In this document: positions 27,920 through 42,787 of the stretch, piece by piece
How the letters are laid out: each line of letters starts with the position of its first letter
Numbering within the stretch: the stretch's first letter is position 1
Assembly: GCA_951406725.2 (NCBI GenBank)
Contig: OX597814.1
Coordinates: 198,772,001-198,836,000 of the forward strand
Direction: 5' to 3'
Source of the DNA: Octopus vulgaris
Lineage: Eukaryota
DNA length: 64,000 nt
Notes under the pieces: generated by a model
Told to the model about the DNA's origin: nothing
The model's input: the letters and a program-made list of their open reading frames with translations, nothing else
Database searches by the model: none
Position numbers and translations under genes: made by a program

Positions 27920-27993
27920 CAAGAAAAAAGCAACAAGAATGGATTAGTAGTTTAGTACTAAACTACTAATCCATTCTTGTTGCTTTTTTCTTG
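27920..27993. repeat. Perfect 74-bp spacerless palindrome
   Basis: 37-bp arms checked base by base; centre AGT|ACT. Confidence 0.95.
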
Positions 27994-27994
27994 G

Positions 27995-28485
<491 letters not shown>

Positions 28486-28638
28486 GAGAGAGAGAGAGTG
28501 TGACAGAGACAGAGATAGCATTTTCCGGTCTTGCGTTACACTTTGTGCAAATGTCTTCTACTATAGCCTCGGGCAGACCAAAGCCAAGAAAGTGGAATAG
28601 GAAGAAGGAAACTGAAAGAAGCCCATCGTATACATACA

Positions 28639-28670
<32 letters not shown>

Positions 28671-29544
28671 AAAAATGTACTGGAGTCGATTCGTTCGACT
28701 AAATTTGGTCAAGGTGGTGCCACAGCATGGCCGCAGTCTAATAACTGAAACAAGTAAGAAAATAAAAGATAAAAAATAATTCAACAAAAAAAAATTTAAT
28801 TCGTCTAAAACAAAATGTGAGGATAAAAATTCCATTTACGATTTATACTTGGAATGCCTATATTGGTTCACTAGAATGAAATGGAATTTCTTATTTCTTT
28901 ATTGCCCACAACATACAGGGGACAAACAAGGACAGATAAAGTGATTAAGTCGATTACATCGAAGCCAGTGCGTAACTGGTACTTAATTTATCGACTCCGA
29001 TAGGATGAAAGGCAAATTCAACCTCGGCAGAATTTTGAACTCAGAACGTAACGGCAGAAATTTAGAAACTGTAAGAGAATCAGAGATAGCAGATCCACCG
29101 AAGATTGCAGGATTTTTTGTTTTCCAATAAATTATTTAAAAGACAGAGAATTCATGTGGATTAATCCACTCACAAGGCTTTGGTCGACCCGAGTCTATAG
29201 TAGAAGACACTTGCCCAAGGTGCCGGAACAAGTGGCTCGTAAGCAAGCTACTTACCACACAGCCATTCTTACACCTCTTCATTTATTTATACGTGTGTAT
29301 ATACTTAAAAAATTATGATATATAAAAAGCTTAAAATATGCATTTTTGTTTTTTGTTTATATTAATATAGGTGTATATATGCACACATATACACGTGTAC
29401 ACACACAAACACACACACACTCAAAAACATACATATATATATGTGTGTGTATGTATACATTTTCAGTATTCGATAAGCTATTTTGCTTATAGGTAAACAC
29501 ACACATACACAACAATTTCTTTCATATATATATATATATATAAT

Positions 29545-29708
29545 TTCAACAATTGAGGGTAAAATTAATTAATTATTAATCAATTTCACCAAGTATTCAG
29601 TATGTAAAGGGACCATTTAAGGCGAATTCAAAATATTACATTTTATAAAGGGCTTAGTAAAATAAATTACTTTGCCACATACTGAACTCATTAGAAATAG
29701 CAGCCAAA
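29545..29708. mobile_element. Solo terminus of the fold-back/PLE-derived family
   Basis: TGAGGGT...CAATTTCACCAAGT...TTAGAAATAGCAGCCAAA next to (TA)n. Confidence 0.5.
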
Positions 29709-29786
29709 AAAATTTTTTAAAAAAAATTTTTTTTTTTTTAGCAATTTCTAATACTTAAAGAAAATTTCTCTCAGATAGTGTTTACT

Positions 29787-29818
<32 letters not shown>

Positions 29819-30370
29819 GGATATAAATATATGTATAAATATGCACACACACATACACACACGCGTATGTGTATGCATGTGTGAATAGGTTTGTACGTTT
29901 ATGCATGATACGCTTACATATATACTTAGAACTGAAGCTACTTAAATATAACAAAGCGTCTGCTTTGTTATAAGCAAGTTGTAAAATATAGCAAACATTT
30001 TTCTTTTATAATGGAAATTTTCCGAAGAACAAAAGCATCGATTGATGTATAGTCGGCAGCTTATCTGGATGGAGCGTACAGTTTATATATATATATATAT
30101 GTATGTATGTCTTGATCTATAGCGTTAGCAGGAAAGAAAGCATTGCATGAAATATTTATTGATTTGTGAAGGTCTCGACGTGTACAGGAAAATGGTCGAA
30201 GTGGGCGAGCGAAGACATAAATAAGCAAAAGATGAACGTGGCGTTTGAATTTCGGTTGATGTGCATACATACGTATAAACATACACACATATCTATATAT
30301 GTTATGTTATATAAGTATTTATTACATATAATACTACATATATATTACATATAATATACGTATATATAAA

Positions 30371-31086
30371 GGCGGCGAGGTGGCAGAAACGTTAGCACGC
30401 CGCGCGACATGCTTAGCGGTATTTCGTTTGCCGTTACGTTCTGAGTTCAAATTCCGCCGAGGTCGACTTAGCCTTTCATCCTTTCGGGGTCGATTAAATA
30501 AGTACCAGTTACGCACTGGCGTCGATATATTCGACTTAATCCGTTTGTCTGACCTTGTTTGTCCTCTCTGTGTTTAGCTCCTTGTGGGTAATAAAGAAAT
30601 AGGTATTTCGTTTGTCTCTATGTTCAGAGTTCAAATTCCGCCGATGTTGATTTTGATTTTCATCCTTTCGGAGTCGATATAATCAACTTAATCCCTTTGT
30701 CTGTCCTTGTTAGTCCCCTCTATGTTTAGCCCCTTGTGGGAAATAAAGAAACAAGAAAAGCTAGCATGCCGGGCGCTTTCATCCTAGTCTTTCATCCTTT
30801 CGGGGTCAATAATTTAAGTACCAGTTACGCACTAGGGTTGGTGTAATCGACTTAAACCCACTGTCTGTATTTGTTTGTCCCCTCTATGTTTAGCATCTTG
30901 TGGGCAATAAAGAAATAAGAAACGTTAACATTCCAGGCGAACCGCTTAGCGGCATTTCGTATGTCTTTACATTCTGAGTTCAAATTACGCCGAGGTCGAT
31001 TTTGCTTTCATCCTTTCGGAGTCGACAAAGTAAGTACCAGTCCCCCTCCCCCAAAATTACGGGCCTTGCGCCTAGAGTAGAAAAGA
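30371..31086 (+). mobile_element. SINE family B, multimeric (about 4 internal units)
   Basis: Repeated CATCCTTTCGG...AGCCCCTTGTGGG units. Confidence 0.88.
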
Positions 31087-31626
31087 ACATACATGTGTAT
31101 ATTTAAAGTAATATTTCAAAAAATAGTTTCAAGAGATATAAAATTCTGTCAGTTACCGTGTTAACTCTTAGATTGGTTCTCAACGTCACCTAAACACAGC
31201 GAGTAACTGATAACTTACTAGACTCGGTAATTTTCCTCGCTTGGTAAATCCGAACGTCCTTTTAGATACGGCATAACTTCTGTAGCGAAAATAATGGAAT
31301 TAATAAAGATCAGGAGAACGTATGGGTGTGTAGACCTCCGTTCTCCTGATCTTTATTAATTTTATTATATCTCTATATATACATTTTAAACACGATATAA
31401 TTGTGATTCAAGTGCGGCAGATTTCATACATGGCGCATATCGACAATTTGATAAGTAAAAGGCATAAAACGTTTGAACTTTGGGGCATTTTTCTAATTTG
31501 TATCACTTAAGTTTTTAAAATTGTATATATTCTCATTGAGCACTATTTAGCGTTTGCCTCACTAAATCTATTTATCTGTCTATCTGTCTATCTGTCTGTC
31601 TGTCTATATATCTATACACATACATA

Positions 31627-31672
<46 letters not shown>

Positions 31673-31828
31673 TGAGGGTACTACTATTCGTAGATACCAC
31701 ACGCTAAAGAGGGACCAATGTGGCCCAAACTACTAAAATAAACAAAATTTTACCGAATGCAAAACTTCAAAGCAAATCATTTAAAAAGAATTTACTTACA
31801 TATCACCTATGATATATATATATATATA

Positions 31829-33461
31829 TAGGTATATCTCGCCCTACGTCGTTAATTGGTTCCAGGAGACGCGACTTGGAACGAAAAACGACTTAAATCG
31901 AATTAACTTTTCTCTAGGCTAAACCGAGAATAACCATTCCCAGTTCTGTACTTTATTTATGAATGCATTTTCAATAATGCATGGTTTATAAAAACATATT
32001 TTAAGCTTACAAATAAATAATCTTTATTTTTTAATGCAGTAAAGAGAAAAAGAGTAATCTAAATTTACGAATGCAATTTGGCAGTGTTTGCTGTACATCG
32101 CGGACGCTGTATGTATGAATGTGGTTTGCAATAGGACATGGTAAAAATAAAGTGGAGGCGCAATGGCCCAGTGGTTAGGGCAGCGGACTCGCGGTCGTAG
32201 GATTGCAGTTTCGATTCCCAGACCGGGCGTTGTGAGTGTTTATTGAGCGAAAACACCTAAAGTTCCACGAGGCTCCTGCAGGGGGGGTGAACCCTGGTGT
32301 ACTCTTTCACCACACAACTTTCTCTCACTCTTACTTCCTGTTTCTGTTGTACCTGTATTTCAAAGGGCCGGCCTTGTCACTCTCTGTGTCACGCTGAATA
32401 TCTCCGAGAACTACGTTAGGGGTGCACGTGTCTGTGGAGTGCTCAGCCACTTACACGTTAATTTCACGAGTAGGCTGTTCCGTTGATCGGATCAACCGGA
32501 ACCCTCGTCGTCGTAACCGACGGAGTGCTTCCATCCGTAGTAAAATAAAAGCCTTTTGTTTAAGCTTAAAAAACAAATTCATTAATTATTTTATTTTGCA
32601 ATAGTAAAACAAAAAAAAAACAAACTAAATTACTGTAAATTTACCAATACGTACATACAGTTTGGTGGGTTACATCTCAGACGTAGATGGTTGTGGATCG
32701 TCAACATGAACAGCTGACTCTAGCTATTCTTATTGTTCGATGCGCTTACAAAAACCGGTTGAGAGTTCCCTGGATTGTTTTCTTCTTTTCCTCAAGGATT
32801 ACATTATAAGGAGCAAAACCTTCGTGACAAGCCCTCATAATCTTGGAAAAGCGCTGAGCATTTGGATCCATTTCCTCGAACATAGAAAGGCCTTTTTCGA
32901 TATATTCAAAGTGCTTACTGCATTTTCTTAATGGTAAAATGACGTGGCTCGCGTTCAACTTCCTCTTCTTTATTTTGCTGCTCGTGAAGCTCTATCAAAT
33001 CCTCGTTCGCCAGGAACTGCTTGTCTTTTTCAAATAAACCTGAGAAAATAGCCGATAAACAGTCGTAAACAAATCTCAGTTGGAAATATTCGCGGGAATC
33101 ACGAGTGACAACGACGCCCACCGGTAGATATTGGGAACTACAGTGCAATATGAGCTCCGAAAGATCGATAAATAAGACAACACAGATGATTCCATTCACT
33201 AAGTTACACTACTTTATGGTGTGTAACTTAACATTTACTGTACATATATTAATATGATTTTATATGCTTTTATTCTTATTTATTGTACAGTAACATGGTT
33301 TTATGTGCTTTTAACGGTTTTCTAGTGATTTTGCAATTCCAATAATTGTATCGGACAGACATAAATTCAAGTAAAATGACTTAGCTTGATTTTTATTTTT
33401 CCATATATTATTTTTGAAAACCAACGTATAATCGAGAACGACTTAAACCGAGGTAGACCTG
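31829..33461 (-). mobile_element. pogo/Tigger-like DNA transposon relic with nested SINE
   Basis: Imperfect TIRs (TAGGTATATCTCG / CGAGGTAGACCTG); C-terminal remnant NEDLIEL...FEEMDPNAQRFSK...EEKKKTIQGTLNRFL. Confidence 0.75.
32154..32535 (+). mobile_element. SINE family A, long-tail form
   Basis: Matches the copy at 23135. Confidence 0.92.
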
Positions 33462-33952
33462 TGTATATATATATATTTTTTTTCCAAGAATATTAGAGGT
33501 TGTGAATCCAACCAACTAAGGGATAATATCTATCCAATATACTGCTGGTAGAATACCCAATTATTAATACACAAGTGTTTTTTTATTGCATTGCAATTAC
33601 ATTACCGGGTTTAGTAGATAAATAAATAAATTGACATAATATAATGTTTTAAAGTTGATGAATACCACCTATTGGTCCCCTCCATTTTCTTATGGCTCTC
33701 TCTCTCTCTTTTATATATATATATAAGGGTAAGATCCAATGATTCAACTGTTGGAAGTTAGAGTAAACTCCCAGCAAATATATGTATATATACATACATA
33801 CATATGTATGTATATATGTGTATATATATATATATATAATATATAAGTGTATGTGTATATATATATATGTGTGTGTGTGTATATATATATGTAAATATAT
33901 TTGTGTTTGTATATATATATGTATATATATATATATATATATGGGTCTGTCT

Positions 33953-34034
<82 letters not shown>

Positions 34035-34538
34035 TGTTATGGAAGCTGAAACCCGTTAGTCTGAGTTTCAAACAGAACTGAACTTTCAGAAAACTGCAAT
34101 ATACATATTCATTTATATATGTTGCAGTGATAATTATTCTGTAGATCATCAACTATATATTTGAAGCTATGTTATTGATACCTGAAAATTTATGAAAACT
34201 TACCAGACAATACCACTTGTCCTTATATACAATCTTGGAGAACGTCTATTGCCTTCACAAAATGCTCTATCGATTACGTTATACGTTATACATATGGTTT
34301 TTGTTATGAACACTTGTATAATTGCTCCCATTTGAAATTGCTGCTTTATCTTTAAATTGACAGAATTTTTCGTTTCTATCTTTTGTGTTACATCTTTAAA
34401 TTGATTGAATTCTTTGCTTCTGTCTTTTCTCTCCTCAAACTTTTCAAATCCGTATTTCGTGAGTTAACTTTGACAAACTTTTCTGTATTTTTGTGTCAGA
34501 TTTGTTCTTCTTTTCATTGCACGTTATGTGTAACATGA

Positions 34539-34922
34539 GGAGGCGCAATGGCCCAGTGGTTAGGGCAGCGGACTCGCGGTCATAGGATCGCGGTTTCGAT
34601 TACCAGACCGGGCGTTGTGAGTGTTTATTGAGCGAAAACACCTAAAAGCTCCACGAGGCTCCGGCAGGGGATGGTGGTGATCCCTGCTGTACTCTTTCAC
34701 CACAACTTTCTCTCACTCTTACTTCCTGTTTCTGTTGTACCTGTATTTCAAAGGGCCGGCCTTGTCACTCTCTGTGTCACGCTGAATATCTCCGAGAACT
34801 ACGTTAAGGGTGCACGAGTCTGTGGAGTGCTCAGCCACTTACACGTTAATTTCACGATCAGGCTGTTCCGTTGATTCGGATCAACCGGAAACCTCATCGT
34901 CGTAACCGACGGAGTGCTTCCA
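34539..34922 (+). mobile_element. SINE family A, long-tail form
   Basis: Matches the copy at 23135; flanking repeat ATGTGTAACAT. Confidence 0.92.
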
Positions 34923-35064
34923 CCCCACCAATGTGTAACATAGAATTTTACTATATATCTCTGTGAGTCTCTATATTTCATCGATGATTTATCCAAATAA
35001 TTATCACTGCTCCATTTACAAAGCATTTATAAGTCAATCTATTGTTTTATATATTTATGTTATT

Positions 35065-35670
35065 ATTCAGTTTAATTCAAGATTTCTTGCAAATAGAGAA
35101 AGAACCAGTTTCTAACCTAAATCCAAGGTTCTTTCATTGGAATTTCAACATCAACAACGGTATTTTTGTTTTTATGTATGTATGTACGTACGTACGTACG
35201 TATGTATGTATGTATGTATGTATGTATGCATGTATGTATGTATGTATGTATGTATGTATGTATGTATGTATGTATGTATGTATGTATGTATGTATGTTCA
35301 GATGTGTATGTTTTATGTATGTATTCTCATGCATACAGTTACATATCAAGATATGCTCAAATATATTTAAATGATAAACTTCTGGAAAGTTTTACAGATT
35401 TTTATAGTTCCAGTGATGGATTGGCTCTGTAATCTTCGAATTAGCTTTCTCTTTTCTGGCTTTGAGAAGCCTAATTTCTCAAGACTGGTCTTTAGGCAGT
35501 GTGTTACATATCGCAGGGCCCCAATAATTCCAGGTATAAACCTGAGCTTGTAATCTGGATAGAGTAACTGCAGATTTTTCAATAGTTCAGCATAGGTATT
35601 CTCTTTTCCACTGATCTTCAGCTTTATGTTAACATCTGCTGGGCAGCTGTGTACAACCCCCACCAACACT
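35065..35670 (-). mobile_element. 3' fragment of an RLE-type non-LTR retrotransposon (R4/Dong-like)
   Basis: SCPADVNI...KENTYAELL...FIPGIIGALRYV resembles the restriction-like endonuclease C-terminus (K..KY, P..IGALG); 3' UTR contains (TACA)n. Confidence 0.75.
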
Positions 35671-36091
35671 TATCCTCATGTATTTTATTTTACCCAAAGT
35701 CAGAAACGTTTCGCCACCGCACCCTCGATACACACATTTACATATACATATTCATATATAGTCGTGTACATATATTTATTTACATATAAGCAACACACAT
35801 ACACACACGTAGTGTAATATTCAGTATCTCAAGAACATAGCAAAGATTTAGTTTTGAAAAATTAAACAAAAGTAAAGTTGAAGATAAGTAAAGTTAATTT
35901 GCCGTAAGTGGTATTACGTCTGATGTTTGTAGTATTGTCTTCCGCATGAAAGTATAAAAGGGAGACATTGTGTTTGGGGTTATCGTTTCTTCCTCTCGAC
36001 TGCACTTTTAGATAAACGGAAAGCCTAGAAACTTTACAGTCTTCTTCCTACGAAGTAAATATATTTAAATTATCATGTATGTATGTATGTA

Positions 36092-36157
<66 letters not shown>

Positions 36158-36231
36158 TATATACATATGTACATACATATGTACATACATAAACACACAC
36201 ATATATATATATATATATACATACATACATA

Positions 36232-36378
36232 CATGAGAAGTAGATGGACAGCCGAAGGGTCATTCTTTATGTTACTTGTCCTGTTTCCACCATTTGTTTC
36301 TCTCGTTATTTGCGTATTCAACACATTTGTTTTCGTATTTCATGTTATTTTCGGTCTGTGACGTCATGTAACCATATA
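36232..36378 (+). repeat. Dispersed repeat, sister at ~37099-37255
   Basis: ATGAGRAGTAGATGGACAGC...TGACGTC shared. Confidence 0.75.
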
Positions 36379-36381
36379 TCC

Positions 36382-36443
<62 letters not shown>

Positions 36444-36530
36444 AAAGTTTACGAGGAAAACAAAAGACGAAGACAGGTGGTGTACAAAACTAACAGATGT
36501 ATTAGTATAACGCTCAGGAATAGAAAAAGT

Positions 36531-36584
<54 letters not shown>

Positions 36585-37338
36585 GATTATTTATACTATT
36601 TGATTGAACGCAACGCAGCCATTTCGAAGTAAGTTTATCTTAATATATTTGATGCGACTCTACTCTCTGCTGTTCTCTTCCCCTATCGTTTTCCCTCTCA
36701 TCCTTTCTTTAATTCCTTTATTTCCCCTCTTCACTGTTTTCTATCTGTCTCTGTCCCTCTTTCTCCTATGCTCTCTCTCGTTTCTCACACGTGACCATCG
36801 TCTATATTTCTTTTCCTCTCGTGATCATCTTTCTTTCCCTTCTGGGCTGTCGTTAAACCGCACGTATCCTACCTGTCTCTCGTCTATCTTTTCTCTTCTC
36901 AAAGAAAATATTACTCCAGCGTTCGCTATTTTACCTTCGTCTGGTCTAACGACCCTTCATGTTTCTTATCTTTCAGTTTCCTTTTATGTCTCCACTGTCC
37001 TGTTTTTGTTACCCACTTTGATCCTCCATAAATCCCAAACATTTTGGCTTTTGTGGGAGCAACTGCTTTCGAAGACTCATTGTCGTTCTATACTCAACAT
37101 GAGGAGTAGATGGACAGCTGACGACCAATGAACGCTCGTTCTTAATGTTACTTGTCCTGTTTTCCATTTGCTTCTCTCGTTGTTTGCGTATTCAACTCAT
37201 TTGCTTTCGTATTTCATGTTGTTTACGGTTTCTGACGTCCTGCACCCATATATGCATATACGTACATATTTTTATTGTAAGCAAATCGGATCAAATACTT
37301 AGCATCATTTTTTTCCGGTTCCTTACTCTATTTATGTG

Positions 37339-37370
<32 letters not shown>

Positions 37371-37451
37371 TGTATGTATGTATGTATGTATGTATGTGTA
37401 TATATATATATATGCATATGTATGTATATATATATTATTTATATATATAAA

Positions 37452-37502
<51 letters not shown>

Positions 37503-37529
37503 GTATATACATATACGTATATATATATT

Positions 37530-37568
<39 letters not shown>

Positions 37569-38006
37569 AGGATAACAACGCTGTTTCGATTCCCAGACCG
37601 GGTATTGTGAGTGTTTATTGAGCAAAAACACCTAACTTCACGAGGCTCCGGCGGGTCGGGTTGAACCCCGCTGTACTCTTTCACCACAACTTTCTCTCAC
37701 TCTTTCTTCCTACTTCTTCTGCCACAAATCAGAGGAACCATGGTGTAACCCACTATGCTGTGGTAAAACTTTCAAACCCTAGTCAAGATTGCGAATCCTC
37801 TGTACCCCAGAATTGTTCAGCTCTCCACTCGTTAAAAGCCACCGTTTACGTAATGAGGATAACAACGTAGCTTTCGCGCCCGTGCAACCGCCAGTCTATC
37901 ACGTGTGAGGGGTTGGATCAACAGGTTGCTGCACGCATTCTTAGTAGCTTAGAGTAGGTTCGAATTAGAGATTATTCTTTGTGGCAAATGGCCTGAGTCC
38001 TGATTG

Positions 38007-38358
38007 GAAGAAGAAGAAGAAGAAGAAGAAGAAGAAGAAGAAGAAGAAGAAGAAGGAAAAGAAGAAGAAGAAGAAGAAGAAGAAGAAGAAGAAGAAGAAG
38101 AAGCAGAAGGAGAAGAAGAAGAAGAAGAAGAAGAGGAAGAGGAGAGGGAAGAGAAGAAGAAGAAGAAGAAGAAGAAGAAGAAGAAGGAGAAGGAGAAGAA
38201 GGAAAAGGAGAAGAAGGAAAAGGAGAAGAAGGAAAAGGAGAAGAAGAAGGAGGAGAAGGAGAAGAAGAAGGAAAAGGAGAAGAAGAAGAAGAAGAAGGAA
38301 AAGGAGAAGAAAAAGAAGAAGGAAAAGGAGAAGAAGAATTGAAGAAGTAGAAGAAGAA
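38007..38358. repeat. (GAA)n-derived polypurine tract
   Basis: Direct reading. Confidence 0.97.
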
Positions 38359-39355
38359 TGAAATTGTATTGCTATGTGCGATAGTTATGAGAAATTTTTG
38401 GCAAAAGTCCAGCAATTTTGACGGAGCGTCAGTCATCGACACCAGAGATCCGCTGGTGCTTCCTGAACGATAAACGGTAAAGTCGACCTCGCAAATATTT
38501 GGACCTAGAGCGTAAAGAACCGGAAAAAATGATGCTAAGCATTTGATCCGATTTGCTTACAATTCTACTAGCTTATATTGAAAACACCATCGTTGATGAC
38601 CGCCTTGTCTAACCATGAGGCCTTGACATTACGTGATATCAATAAAATAAGTATAAATAAAATAAAATGAATTAAATAGAAATGCAGGGAGAAGAATATA
38701 GAATTAACAATGTTATTTTGTTGGAACGAAACCGTTGTTGAATACGAAACAAAGATGAGTTGCTACGAATCATGTCTCAGCAGTTTTAAAAGCAGATTAA
38801 ATACAACTGGGATTACATAACAATATATCCGAAAACAAACACATGTAGCGAACAAAATGCAGAAAAAATATTTACAAAATTGTGAGCGTCTGCAGAAAAA
38901 TCGTTTGCTCACACAAAAATATAGATAAGGGAAAAAAACTATAAAACAATAAACGCGAACAAGAAATAATACGAAGGAAAAAAAAAACTGCTGTTCAAAA
39001 AAGTATGCATTTAGAATAATACACAAGTAATTTGTATACGTGATACATATACATACATACATACATACATACATACCTACATACATATCTACAATTATAC
39101 ATATATATGTGCGTGTGTGTATCTATCTGTGTATTTATGAATATATATATATATATATGAATGTATATATATATATTTATGAATATATATATATGTATAT
39201 ATATATTTATGAATATATATATGTATATATATATATTTATGAATATATCTATATATGTATATATATATATTTATGAATATATATATATATATACATATAT
39301 ATTTATAAATATATATTTATGAATATATATATATATATATACATATATATTTATG

Positions 39356-39386
<31 letters not shown>

Positions 39387-39463
39387 TATTTATGAATATA
39401 TATATATATATATATTTATGAATATATATATATATATATATATATGTCTATATATATTTATGA

Positions 39464-39557
<94 letters not shown>

Positions 39558-40513
39558 GTATGTATGCATAATGTCTGTAAGTATGGAAAGAAAGGAAGAG
39601 AACAAAAAGCGGTGGAAGTAACGAAGAACAGGAAAAATGTAATGAGAGGTAGACCTACAAAATGCATAGCATACATAATGAGAGAGATACCGAGATAGCA
39701 AGAGATAGAAGGAAAATGAAATAGATGTAAATGTATATAATTTCATTGGCGTACATGAAGATAAGCGCTTAGACGAAGCTAGTTGTACGGGCATAACAAT
39801 TACAAGACAACTACACACACAGGGAAACAGTCTCTTAACTGATGAACTATACAGATTCATAAACATATGCGCATATATTCTCGATGGTAGAAACCCACGC
39901 ATAGGAATAACAAAGCAATCCTTTGTGAAGTCATCTGTATTGTATTCAAACAATTATCGGCTGCGTTTAAAAGTACATTATTAGACCATTATTGCTGTGT
40001 AGGACCCAATGGTTAGGTTAGTGGGATGGTTGTTGTGTATTCCTTCACTTCTGCTATATTCTTTAATATGCTTTTATACTTTCAATTCTTCTGCTGGTTG
40101 CAATCATTAGAGTACGTCCAAGCAGGAGTACTACCTTCAGAGCCTTTCACTCGATCACAGTTATCACACTAATTCATTATCGGTTTTTGTTTCATTGTTT
40201 GTTTAATCTATTTTCTCGTAACACCAGTTTTGTTTCAACCGATGATGATGTATAAAACACACAAGAACTATCACAGACATACACGCATACACTCCCCATC
40301 CACACATATACTCTATTGTATGTCGTAATCTATTCAATGTCTTGTTTTAAACTAGCTTCATATTTGTTCATCTGGTGTTTTCATGTTTCTGTTTTGTTAT
40401 CATAATCATCAAAATACTTTGTGAGAGAAGAGGATAATGGCTGTAATTGTATTTGTTGGTTAAAAAAACTATACACAGAATTCTACAAATTGTTCTCAAT
40501 TGTTCGAATATAC

Positions 40514-40637
<124 letters not shown>

Positions 40638-40664
40638 TTATCTATCTATCTGTCTACCTATCTG

Positions 40665-40729
<65 letters not shown>

Positions 40730-41213
40730 GTGGCTCTGTAGTTAGGAAGCTTGTTTCGTAACAACATAGTTTCGGGTTCAGTCTCACAGTACATCACCTA
40801 TCTTTCTCTCTCCCCCTCTCTCTCTATATATATAGAAGCATGCATACAGGCACAGACGCACACAGATGCACACGCACACGCACAAACATACACACATGTA
40901 TAATTGTATAGTTCGATTTAAGTTGTACTATAAAACCTACGCATCTGTATCCTTGTATATCCGATGTAAACCGGTGAGGAGGAACAGTATTTTAGTCCAA
41001 AGTTAGGTTGATCACAACCGATTTGTATTGCAGTTAATAAAATGGGGTTAATGTCAAGTTACTAGATATTTTTTAAATAGGCTTGTCTGCTTCGTTCTCT
41101 CTCGGGAGCATATATATAGCTCTCCTGTGTGACCCTTCTGTCCGGCCTTCGCCATGATAGTGCGCTAGCCACTACACATTCTTTATTTTCTCTCCTTGTT
41201 TCTTTCTGTGTTC

Positions 41214-41249
41214 CTTTCTGCGGAAGAGCGTAGGCTCGAAACGTCAAAG
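41214..41249 (+). ncRNA. Minimal hammerhead-like motif, variant core CUGCGGA-A (family B)
   Basis: CUUU-CUGCGGAA-GAGC guag GCUC-GAAA-CG-UC-AAAG. Confidence 0.65.
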
Positions 41250-41393
41250 ACTTTTTCACTTCCCGTGTGTTATACTAATACATCTGTTTGTTGTCTACAC
41301 CACCTGTCTTCGTCTTATGTTTTTTTTGCGAATTCTCCCTATATATGTATATATGTGTAAGGAGAGACACAAATAAGAAAGAAGAAAACAAAG

Positions 41394-41437
41394 GACCACT
41401 GATGCGGTCACAGGAGTGTGACGAAAGAACTCTGGTC
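41394..41437 (+). ncRNA. Hammerhead motif family A, A9C-mutated copy
   Basis: GACCA-CUGAUGC-G-GUCACA ggag UGUGAC-GAAA-G aa C-UC-UGGUC; stems I and II perfect. Confidence 0.65.
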
Positions 41438-42008
41438 GAAATAAGATTAAGATTAATGTAAAAAATAAATAACACTGAAGCAAAGTAACACCAAATATAT
41501 AGTGCGTGTGTTTTTATTGGCTAAACTGGCAAAATGACCATTCCGAAATATAACAATATATATATATATAGGTTCTCAGTCTTAGCCTACTTAGCCTACA
41601 TTCTAAGTTTTATAGTTAGGTGTTGTACAACTTAAATCGAACTATACAATTATACATATGTGTGTGCGTGTGTATCTGTGTGCGTGTACGTTCTATAGTC
41701 TTTGTGTGAAAAATCTTAAATGTTAACTCTAATTTTTATTCACCTGCAGTAAACGTTTTTTTTTCTTTACATGATGTAATTGAAATGTTCATCTATGAGA
41801 AACACATCTGAGACAAATGTAGTGAACCTTAGTCCATTTGTGTTATCATTTATACTACACTACACTCGGAACCTTCCCTACGTTAGATCTTGAGCCTATA
41901 TGCCGGAGTATACTCTCGTGCAATTTTACGTTGATACACGCCGATGTGCTGACCTTGACACTGCCGTGGTTTGCTTATTAAAATACTTCGATACTATTGG
42001 CCACTACA

Positions 42009-42064
<56 letters not shown>

Positions 42065-42077
42065 TAATAATATATAT

Positions 42078-42347
42078 ATATACAAAATTTAAAGGACTGA
42101 CCACTAAAAGTGGACGGTCAACATGCTATATATAGACGTCAAATCGCTATTTTCCACAAAGAAGATGTTCTCAAATCTTTGTGGAATATAGCGATTTGAC
42201 GTCTATATCTAGCATGTTGACCGTCCACTTTTAGTGGTCAGTCCTTTAAATTTTGTATGTAAAAATATTTTAATCTTCGGATTTTTTTAATATGCTGGGC
42301 TACTGGTTTTAATTGATTAATATCAATTTCTACCCTTATTAAATTTT

Positions 42348-42352
<5 letters not shown>
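42078..42352. mobile_element. (TA)n-flanked fold-back element (arms ~42078-42162 and ~42176-42258, plus extension)
   Basis: Direct inverted repeat and shared terminal motifs. Confidence 0.8.
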
Positions 42353-42406
<54 letters not shown>

Positions 42407-42787
42407 CTGTTGGGTCAAACATTTTCTTGGTCAACATAAGGCAGACAAGTCTGGGTTCTTATATTTCACACTAACATAAGCAGCAAGGTGCATTATGTCC
42501 GTAGTCGCTTAAATCACGTTTCAGAAAAGCTTTGTGATTTCAACGAAGATAAATCAACAATTTACTGTTGTGACAATCTGCAGGATTACTCTGGTAAATT
42601 TTAGTTCATAAAGTCAATTTTCAAATACACGCTTCACATATGTTGATTGACTGATCATATTTCTGTTTTAGGTTTAGTTAAAGTTAATATTACTTTAAAT
42701 GCACTTCCTTATAAGCCTTTCTGCTGAAATAAATTGATTTAGTGATGCTCTCAGCAGGTTGCGAACGAAATACGAAAGAATATTTTA

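Noticed and set aside
30371-31086. CRISPR-like repeat array
   Set aside because: Eukaryotic SINE multimer; no unique spacers and no cas genes
36604-37131. 175-aa hydrophobic ORF as a membrane protein
   Set aside because: Arises from C/T-rich low-complexity sequence and runs into a dispersed repeat
37112-37158. GGACAG-CTGACGA...TTGTCC as a hammerhead
   Set aside because: No GAAA core half in this copy or in the sister copy at 36246
37972-38442. Poly-K/E/R and poly-S/L ORFs
   Set aside because: Translations of a (GAA)n tract; no splice or homology support
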